Of a stretch of 64,000 nucleotides of DNA, positions 57,779 through 64,000 are shown piece after piece (positions within the stretch are counted from its first letter, which is position 1; every line of letters begins with the position of its first letter). The position numbers and the translations under genes were made by a program. Source of the stretch: Candidatus Microgenomates bacterium (GTDB lineage Bacteria > Patescibacteriota > Microgenomatia > UBA8517); the NCBI GenBank assembly GCA_049523135.1, contig JBEKNE010000001.1:82095-146094 (forward strand), in the 5' to 3' direction. A model generated the notes under the pieces. The model did no database searches and was not told where the DNA came from. It saw only the letters and a list, made by a program, of their open reading frames with translations.

Positions 57779-58753
57779 CTAGAAAGTGGAAATGCCGCTG
57801 TAGAGTACCCAATAGATTAATATTGCCCAAATAAATATAGCCGCAATCAACATTTCATCGGACAAAAGCAGCTTTTCAGGTGTTTCGCTTTTACCCTCGA
57901 AAATAAGTGATTCGTATCTCATTATTCCAAAAATCGTTACGGGAATTGTAAGCATTAGAAGTTTGTCAATTGTGGTTGTTTTGGAAAACTCCGCCAAGAC
58001 CATCCAGAATGGGGTTGATGCTTTCGGACTTTCGAAGAATGTAAAAAGAGCCCAACTCATCCATGAAGCGTTGCCAAACATGGTTACATAGGAATTCAGA
58101 AGCTCCTTTTTATATGTACCCAGACTTTTTCTGGTTAGGTTTTCCGTGTTTTCAACAAGATTAAGTTCTGCTCTTCTTTTGCCGGAAGCAAGAAACAGAG
58201 CCACTGAAATTACACAAAGCAGGAACCAAACGGAAAGATGGGCGTCGATTACAAAAGCGCCTGCATACACCCGAAGAACGAATCCAGTTGCTATTATTAT
58301 TATGTCGATTATGGCTACGTTTTTGAGGCCAAGACTATAGAAAAACTGCAGGACTAAGTAGATTAAGATAATTGTAAGGAAAAGTGAATTTAGGTTTCCA
58401 ATAAAAGTCAAAATAATTGATGCCAGAATAAGAACTACCGCCTCAATTAGTGCCAAATGGGTTGGTAAATCTCCGGAAGCTATCGGCCTGAACTTCTTTT
58501 TGGGGTGCATCTTGTCGGAGTCAACATCAAAAATATCGTTAATGATATAGGTGGCGGATGTGATTAAACAGAAAGCGATAAATGCCCAACAAGCTTTAGT
58601 AAAAGTGTTGGTATTAAATAGAGATCCGGATAAGAAGATTGCCGCGAAAATTGCCAAATTCTTGATCCAATGAATAGGCCGCATCGCTCTTATTACGGCG
58701 GAAGCTAGTGTGTATTTTGTTTGACCTGTTTTTGTGGTTGGTGAGTCAGCCAT
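57779..58753 (-). CDS. UbiA-family prenyltransferase (decaprenyl-phosphate phosphoribosyltransferase-like)
   Basis: Asp-rich motif ...YIINDIFDVDSDKMHPKKKFRPIASG.... About 8 TM helices. Confidence 0.65.
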   Translation of the reverse strand: MADSPTTKTGQTKYTLASAVIRAMRPIHWIKNLAIFAAIFLSGSLFNTNTFTKACWAFIAFCLITSATYIINDIFDVDSDKMHPKKKFRPIASGDLPTHLALIEAVVLILASIILTFIGNLNSLFLTIILIYLVLQFFYSLGLKNVAIIDIIIIATGFVLRVYAGAFVIDAHLSVWFLLCVISVALFLASGKRRAELNLVENTENLTRKSLGTYKKELLNSYVTMFGNASWMSWALFTFFESPKASTPFWMVLAEFSKTTTIDKLLMLTIPVTIFGIMRYESLIFEGKSETPEKLLLSDEMLIAAIFIWAILIYWVLYSGISTF

Positions 58754-59796
58754 AATATTAATCCGCCTAAAAAGGTGGCTATACCTACCATTGTATAGAC
58801 CTTGCTGGCAGTATTCAAATTAAGGGCCAAAAATCCAAGTAATGCAGTTACTCCCCAATAAAAGTAAGCAACTTGTCTTTTGGTTAAGCCTGCATCCAAA
58901 AGTCTATGATGCAGATGACCTCTGTCGCCCCAAACGGGGGATTTGTGATTCATAATGCGCCTGACTATCGTGTAGCCCGTGTCGATAAGCGGAACTCCCA
59001 AAACAACCATTAAAGCCCCAACCTTGGTTGTGGAAAGAATAGAAAGTACCCCAAGAAGATATCCGGCTAAAGTACTTCCGCCGTATCCCGGCATAATTTT
59101 TTGAGGGAAAATATGCCAAGGAAGAAATCCGAGATATGCCCCCGCAGTTATTGCCGCCAGGATTATTACGGGCCACTGGGTAATATCGGCAGAATATCGC
59201 AGGGAAAGAAACGCTATGGTCAGAGCCGCAATTACAGTAACTCCGCTCAGTTGCCCGTCAACTCCCTTTGCCCCCATATTAACTATGTTCATGAGAAATG
59301 TGATCCAGATAAGGGCAAAAATATCCGAAATAATCCAAATACTGTGTGTTGCTCCAAGAAGTGTAAATGTAATTTGTGGTTGATTAAGATTTATTGTTCC
59401 CCCAAGAGGGTTTGAAACAAAAGCTATGCCGATTCCCGCCGCAATCGGAGCCGCTGCGGCAACGAAGTCTAAGATCAACCGTAAATAAGGATTAAGATTG
59501 TATTTATCGTCAAGGGTCCCCATGACTACAAGTATTGCTGCCCCTATCAGAATCCCAATTATGTGTTTATCTATCGGTAAAAATAGAAAACTGCAAATAA
59601 GAAGCGCAAAAAAAATCGGGATTCCTCCTCCTCTTGGAACCGGATAAGTATGAATTACTTTCGGTTGTTTGTTTTTGGCGGGATCGTCAATTATTCCGAT
59701 TCTCTCGGCAAGTTTGATAACAATGGGAGTGGCCAAAAATGCTAAGACTGCTGAAGTGAGCCATGGAAGTAAAAATAGGTTTCGTAAACTTTCCAT
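58705..59796 (-). CDS. glycosyltransferase family 4 polyprenyl-phosphate sugar-phosphate transferase (MraY/WecA-like)
   Basis: Polytopic. ...LIGILIGAAILVVMGTLDDKYNLNPYLRL... and ...VNMGAKGVDGQLSGVT... are MraY/WecA family features. Confidence 0.55.
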   Translation of the reverse strand: MESLRNLFLLPWLTSAVLAFLATPIVIKLAERIGIIDDPAKNKQPKVIHTYPVPRGGGIPIFFALLICSFLFLPIDKHIIGILIGAAILVVMGTLDDKYNLNPYLRLILDFVAAAAPIAAGIGIAFVSNPLGGTINLNQPQITFTLLGATHSIWIISDIFALIWITFLMNIVNMGAKGVDGQLSGVTVIAALTIAFLSLRYSADITQWPVIILAAITAGAYLGFLPWHIFPQKIMPGYGGSTLAGYLLGVLSILSTTKVGALMVVLGVPLIDTGYTIVRRIMNHKSPVWGDRGHLHHRLLDAGLTKRQVAYFYWGVTALLGFLALNLNTASKVYTMVGIATFLGGLILWLTHQPQKQVKQNTH

Positions 59797-59797
59797 T

Positions 59798-60133
59798 TTA
59801 GAAAAATCCTACCAGCAAGATTATTTTAATTACGGTAATTGTTGTTACGCAGGATATTACCAAAGTTGAAATGGCAATTATTTTTTTTAGAAAATCATCC
59901 TTTACCCACAAATTTAACGGTATATTTATTAGTGTGATGGCTAGGGAGGCAATGGGAGCGATGATAAGCCATAACCTTGGTACAAGTTGTCCTTCCCCTA
60001 CAGGTCTGCCGTAGAGTAGTGGGACTACCGGAGGTAAAAAACTCTGCAGCACTAGGATTAACGCAATAGTCAAAATGTCTAAAATTACAGTTGCCAAAAA
60101 GTAATTATTGGAAAATATTCGTTTCAGAAACAT
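59798..60133 (-). CDS. small hypothetical membrane protein (3 TM)
   Basis: 111-aa hydrophobic ORF between two glycosyltransferase genes. Confidence 0.35.
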   Translation of the reverse strand: MFLKRIFSNNYFLATVILDILTIALILVLQSFLPPVVPLLYGRPVGEGQLVPRLWLIIAPIASLAITLINIPLNLWVKDDFLKKIIAISTLVISCVTTITVIKIILLVGFF

Positions 60134-60159
60134 AAGAGCTGGACTATATTGTACGATAC

Positions 60160-61668
60160 TTACTTGGCCGGAGCAAAATCAACTCTAGAGTAGATATCTG
60201 CATTGTCAATCCGGTTGATCAAAATATATTTTTGTTTTAATAACATTGTAAGTTCGGTATAAGGTTGATCATCGGTTAAAATTATGAATTTTGGAGGATT
60301 TGCGGCGATATTTTTTGCTTCCTGAGCCTTGGAGGAATAATCAGTTACATGGTAATCAACAACATATTTTATTGGAGGCAAGCGTTTTGAAAGAGCATAA
60401 ACTGCGGCCGAATCGGGGTCCCACATAAAAACCCTGTCTGCTGTCAGGCTTGATTGTGTCAGAAATTCAGCAATTGCATAGTTTCTGTTGGTGGTTCCCG
60501 AAAATCCGTTAAAATATTGTTCTTTTGTCTCTTGTCCGGTCGCAAACTTTATAAAATTTAGGTAATAGGATGTTGTCGGATAAAACCAAAATTTGTAGTA
60601 AAAAGGAACAAAAAATACCAAGGCCAACGGAAGTACCGTTAAGGATTGTTCAAGGCTATTTTCCGTAAAGAAAGAAGCTAAAAGTAGTGAAATCGGAGCA
60701 ACTACCTGAATGAGATAGTGCGGATAAGGCCTCTCCGAAAGGGTTATGGCAAAAAGTGCGAAGAGTGTCCAAAGAGAAAGCAAAATAAATCTACCAGAAA
60801 GCTTTTTCCTGAATAGGAAGAGAGTTCCTGAACCTAAAATTACAACGGCTGCCCGTATAAGAAGTGGGGCATTTCTGACCAAGAACGGTTTTTGAACGTC
60901 TCCCGGTCTAAAGCTGCTTAGATAGCCTATGTTTTGCAGAAAAGCGGCACTAATATATTGAGGTAGGGCCCCTTTAAAGAAATACCAAATAAATGTTAAA
61001 AGAATAGGGATGGCAAACCCCACTGCAAGAACCATTGTATTTTTGAATATATTTTTCCAATCCTTGAACCCTCCGACAATCAACCAGTAAAAAACAATGA
61101 TAGGCGCATCAAAGGCAGCGGGAATTTTATAAAGAGTACCAAGGCCAAAAAGAATTCCGGCAAAAAAGATTTCTTTTAATTTCAGCTCTTTCTTAAGAAG
61201 TATTAAAAGTCCGGCAATTGTAAAAACAATCATAAATAGTTCCGAATTTACAGTTAGACCTTCCAAGAGAGGAAGAGTGGTCAGAAGTCCGAAGAGAACC
61301 GTTGCGAGCTTTTGGGCGTTTTGATTTTTCTCAAAAAGCATTTTTGAGAGTTTGTAGAAAAAGAAAATAGTTACAAGATTCCAAAAAGCCAAAATCACCT
61401 TAAACCAGAAAAGATTTCCGGCAACTGCAGCAGTTATATAAAGGAGTGGGGGCTTGTTATCATAAATATTTTTATAGAGAGTAAGCCCTTGGCGGATTCC
61501 TTGGCCAAGCGTCAGATAAACCATTTCATCTCCATAGTAGTAAGGTTCAAAAAAAGAGGGGATTCTCAAAATAAAAACAGTTCCCAAAAGCGTAACTAGC
61601 CAATTTGGCAATTCTGGTAAATGAAGGATACTGCCGATTTTGTGGAGTTTATTCCAAAAAGCTTTCAT
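60160..61668 (-). CDS. GT-C fold membrane glycosyltransferase (ArnT/PMT family 39/83-like)
   Basis: At least 10 TM helices, with early-loop ...YYGDEMVY... and ...NKPPLLYI... I chose ATG 61668 (MKAFWNKL...) rather than the ORF-track start 61728, which would overlap the divergent DGR-target promoter. Confidence 0.5.
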   Translation of the reverse strand: MKAFWNKLHKIGSILHLPELPNWLVTLLGTVFILRIPSFFEPYYYGDEMVYLTLGQGIRQGLTLYKNIYDNKPPLLYITAAVAGNLFWFKVILAFWNLVTIFFFYKLSKMLFEKNQNAQKLATVLFGLLTTLPLLEGLTVNSELFMIVFTIAGLLILLKKELKLKEIFFAGILFGLGTLYKIPAAFDAPIIVFYWLIVGGFKDWKNIFKNTMVLAVGFAIPILLTFIWYFFKGALPQYISAAFLQNIGYLSSFRPGDVQKPFLVRNAPLLIRAAVVILGSGTLFLFRKKLSGRFILLSLWTLFALFAITLSERPYPHYLIQVVAPISLLLASFFTENSLEQSLTVLPLALVFFVPFYYKFWFYPTTSYYLNFIKFATGQETKEQYFNGFSGTTNRNYAIAEFLTQSSLTADRVFMWDPDSAAVYALSKRLPPIKYVVDYHVTDYSSKAQEAKNIAANPPKFIILTDDQPYTELTMLLKQKYILINRIDNADIYSRVDFAPAK

Positions 61669-61687
61669 TATTTTTAAGTGTACAAAC

Positions 61688-61716
61688 TTGACACATATTC
61701 CGCAAGTGCCTATACT
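61688..61716 (+). promoter_or_regulatory. sigma70-like promoter of DGR target gene
   Basis: TTGACA (61688-61693), a 17-nt spacer, then TATACT (61711-61716). AGGAGG SD at 61755-61760, 5 nt before ATG 61766. Confidence 0.5.
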
Positions 61717-61765
61717 ATGGGTCTGCACATTTACATTCGTGCAAATCTATTTTAGGAGGTGTGCG

Positions 61766-62509
61766 ATGGTATCGCATGCTACTGGTCGTGGCTCGGGACA
61801 GCCGACCCCTGCCCAGCTGAAGGAGTTGTTTGCTCAGATTGAGTCTGGAAAGGTAAACAAAGGTCGAATGCAAGAATTCCTGCGTGGTTCAACTCAGACT
61901 GTTACAGTCAAAGTTGCCCAGGAAGTCATGGGGAAGAAGAACTTTTTTGGTCCTGAAGAGTGGACAAAGTTCTTTGGTAAGAAATTTCAACTTACCACTA
62001 TCCCCGAAATCCCACGGAGTCAGAGCGAGCTTGAGAACCCTGGAATCAATCAAGAGCATTTTCTCTTCCTTGGCGTTGACAACTTGGATGGTAAACCTCT
62101 CAATCTGCCAGCCTGGCACAAGGTTTACTCTGGTGAGAATCACCCCAAGTTCTATTGGGATTGGTATCTCACCCATAAGTTTGCTCAAGTTTCCTGTGAG
62201 CTTCGTTGGTACCTAATGCCTGTTGGCGTTGTGGAAGGCTCCCTGAGTCTTGCCTACGATCGTCAAGTTGCTTTGCTTCCTGATAAATACGAGGTTCCGA
62301 CCGCACTCGCTCGCGTCACCGCGAATATCCTTTACTATCTTCTGAACAAGAAGTATTTGGATACAGGTTCCTGGTCACGTACCAGCGACAAGTCTGATGG
62401 CGGTTACCGTGTCAACGTTCAGGGTAGCTCTGGCAGTGGTGTCGGTGTCGACAGCTGGAGCGATGATGCTAACGGCGATGTTGGCTTGTCCGCCTCTCGG
62501 AAATTCTAA
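61766..62509 (+). CDS. DGR target (variable) protein, VR at C-terminus
   Basis: Starts MVSHATGRGSGQPTPAQLKELF... The C-terminus reads ...GGYRVNVQGSSGSGVGVDSWSDDANGDVGLSASRKF, encoded by the VR. The ORF-track upstream TTG start at 61640 is rejected. Confidence 0.7.
   Translation: MVSHATGRGSGQPTPAQLKELFAQIESGKVNKGRMQEFLRGSTQTVTVKVAQEVMGKKNFFGPEEWTKFFGKKFQLTTIPEIPRSQSELENPGINQEHFLFLGVDNLDGKPLNLPAWHKVYSGENHPKFYWDWYLTHKFAQVSCELRWYLMPVGVVEGSLSLAYDRQVALLPDKYEVPTALARVTANILYYLLNKKYLDTGSWSRTSDKSDGGYRVNVQGSSGSGVGVDSWSDDANGDVGLSASRKF
62399..62503 (+). repeat. DGR variable repeat (VR)
   Basis: A 104-nt match to the TR at 62903-63006. All 12 mismatches fall at TR adenine positions (A->G x11, A->T x1). 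The 3' 40 nt are identical (IMH-like ...gttggcttgtccgcctctcgg). Confidence 0.8.
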
Positions 62510-62580
62510 GATTGATTCTTGGGTTCTTGAGAAATTGCTTCTCTTGACTCCCTTGAGTCTTTGCTTTTCCGAGTTTTTAC

Positions 62581-62650
62581 CCCCGCATTTTTGCGTTTTA
62601 CCAGATTTTCTGGATGCAAAAGTGCGGGGTGTTTTTTTGGGAAAATCTGT
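62581..62650 (+). terminator. long hairpin plus T-run downstream of VR (DGR-associated stem-loop / terminator)
   Basis: CCCCGCATTTTTGC ... GCAAAAGTGCGGGG is a 14-bp stem with one G-U pair. It has a nested ccagaTTTTctgg hairpin and is followed by tgttttttt. Confidence 0.5.
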
Positions 62651-62902
62651 GTAAAATAAGTTTCCTTGTTAATGCAGGTTAGGTTACGGCCTAACTTCAC
62701 AAGTGCGGTTTTTTTAAAACGCCGGAATATTCCTCTCTATGAGAGGGAATAGTGTGCGTCTAAAAAGCTTAAAGAATTTCTTGTCTACTTTTGGTGGAGG
62801 AGGGGAAGTACCTCACGATCTCCCAAATAAAATTCAAGAGGGAAAGTATATATAGTGAAAAACTTAACCTCCGGTGAGCATTAGATGAAGGTAGACAAAA
62901 GA

Positions 62903-63006
62903 AGCGGTAACCGTGTCAACGTTCAGGGTAACTCTGACAATGGTATCAATGTCAACAACTGGAACGATGATGCTAACGACGATGTTGGCTTGTCCGCCTC
63001 TCGGAA
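62903..63006 (+). repeat. DGR template repeat (TR)
   Basis: The in-frame reading is Asn-codon rich (aac/aat): GNRVNVQGNSDNGINVNNWNDDANDD. It lies between the target gene and avd. Confidence 0.8.
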
Positions 63007-63007
63007 T

Positions 63008-63355
63008 TTACTTTAAGCTTTTTAACCAACCGCCCAACATTCTTCCTATCTCATCAATTTTTTCTTGAAGTGTGATATATTTTTTATTGTCAATTGCCTT
63101 TACATCTTTTGAAAGTCTAATAAACATCCTCATCATATTCAGTTTTTTACTTGCTTCCTCCAAGATGCCAGCCTTTTCATTTTTAGGAAGACCTATTGCT
63201 ACCAGAATTTCCTCCAAAACTTCCAATGTTGTGTTTTCCACTTTTTGCCAAACGGCGTAGCGGTCACTTTTTGGAATAGAACCCCGGAGACTATAGATCT
63301 CCTTGTAAAGCTCATAAGTTTGGTTAAAAATCGGCGTGTCGAAGGAGTTATTCAT
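63008..63355 (-). CDS. avd: DGR accessory variability determinant (Avd), four-helix-bundle protein
   Basis: 115-aa basic helical protein divergent from the RT, with start codons 5 nt apart. Its size and position are typical of Avd. Confidence 0.6.
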   Translation of the reverse strand: MNNSFDTPIFNQTYELYKEIYSLRGSIPKSDRYAVWQKVENTTLEVLEEILVAIGLPKNEKAGILEEASKKLNMMRMFIRLSKDVKAIDNKKYITLQEKIDEIGRMLGGWLKSLK

Positions 63356-63359
63356 AATA

Positions 63360-64000
63360 ATGAAAATTTATACAGACGTTTTTGAAAATATAATTTCTCC
63401 GGAAAATCTATTCAGTTCCTGGGCAAACTTCAAGCATGATAAACGAAAGAGACCGGATGTACAAGAGTTTGAGATTAGACTTGAAGAAAATATTTTCAAT
63501 CTTCACAGAGAATTAAAAACGGGAATTTACAGGCATGGGCCTTATAAACCTTTTTACATTCACGATCCAAAACAACGTTTGATTCACAAAGCGAGAGTTC
63601 GCGATAGAGTTGTCCACCATGCAATTTACTCAGTCTTAAATCCGATTTTTGAACCGACTTTTATAGCAAATTCATTTTCTTGCCGTATTGGTAAAGGAAC
63701 ACATAAGGGAGTTGAAATTTTAGGAAAAATATTAAGAAAAGTTAGCAAAAATAATACGATAAATTGCTTTGCTTTAAAGGGTGATGTAAAGAAATTCTTT
63801 GATAGTATAGACCATGAAATCTTGCTAGATATTCTAGAAAAAAAGATAAAGGACGAAAATACAATACGGCTTCTTAAAGAAATTATTAATAGTTATTCTG
63901 TGTCTGAAGGGTGTGGAGTACCAATAGGCAACTTAACTTCACAGATTTTTGCAAATATTTACCTGAACGAACTTGATCAATTTATTAAACATGAACTTAG
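63360..64000 (+). CDS. DGR reverse transcriptase (partial; runs off window end)
   Basis: MKIYTDVFENIISPENLFSSWANFKHDKRKRPDV...GPYKPFYIHDPKQRLIHKARVRDRVVHHAIY...CRIGKGTHKG...GVPIGNLTSQIFANIYLNELDQF carries RT motifs 1-4. Confidence 0.85.
   Translation, partial: MKIYTDVFENIISPENLFSSWANFKHDKRKRPDVQEFEIRLEENIFNLHRELKTGIYRHGPYKPFYIHDPKQRLIHKARVRDRVVHHAIYSVLNPIFEPTFIANSFSCRIGKGTHKGVEILGKILRKVSKNNTINCFALKGDVKKFFDSIDHEILLDILEKKIKDENTIRLLKEIINSYSVSEGCGVPIGNLTSQIFANIYLNELDQFIKHEL

Larger units (their letters stand above)
61688..64000 (+). mobile_element. diversity-generating retroelement (target-VR / TR / avd / RT)
   Basis: Canonical DGR organisation with adenine-specific VR/TR differences. Confidence 0.8.

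Noticed and set aside
61640-61765. Upstream extension of the DGR target ORF (TTG start) and internal ORFs 61884-62216 on both strands
   Set aside because: The extension overlaps the divergent GT-C gene and the consensus promoter. ATG 61766 has a perfect AGGAGG SD. The internal ORFs are out of frame with the VR/TR logic.

Overview
This 64-kb window looks like a chromosomal segment from a small-genome bacterium. The gene content resembles Patescibacteria/CPR lineages: pilin arrays, a Gram-positive-type T4SS-like locus, a DGR, and weak or absent Shine-Dalgarno sites. This lineage call is inference.

The core backbone includes:
- dnaG (partial) at the window start.
- A compact tRNA cluster with four Ser and two Arg tRNAs.
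- tmRNA followed by smpB.
- The replication-origin neighbourhood: dnaN, dnaA with DnaA boxes on both sides, then rpmH-rnpA-yidD-yidC-jag.
- rnhA, L25, valS, tsaD plus a tsaC-tsaE fusion, groES/groEL with a CIRCE operator, and tRNA-Cys.
- A cell-envelope glycosylation locus: UbiA-family prenyltransferase, a GT4 phosphotransferase and a GT-C glycosyltransferase.

Three accessory systems stand out:
1. A RiPP-like biosynthetic island (about 3.2-9.5 kb) sits between the 3' ends of tRNA-Ser(TGA) and tmRNA. It encodes a YcaO cyclodehydratase-like protein translationally coupled to a SagB-type dehydrogenase, followed by a protein ending in ...SSSSGSGYGCCCETCCS. A radical-SAM/SPASM enzyme is coupled to a 7-Cys precursor-like peptide. 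About 50-nt direct repeats flank the rSAM module.
2. A conjugation/T4SS-like locus (about 15.2-31.7 kb) has eight tandem VirB2/TrbC-like pilin paralogs, the first fused to a duplicated Cys-rich domain. It also carries a transglycosylase-like secreted protein, a VirB6-like protein, a VirB3-like protein, a VirB4 ATPase and a CHAP-domain hydrolase.
3. A diversity-generating retroelement (61.7-64 kb) has a target gene whose 3' variable region differs from a downstream template repeat only at template adenines. An inverted avd and a reverse transcriptase (truncated by the window end) complete it.
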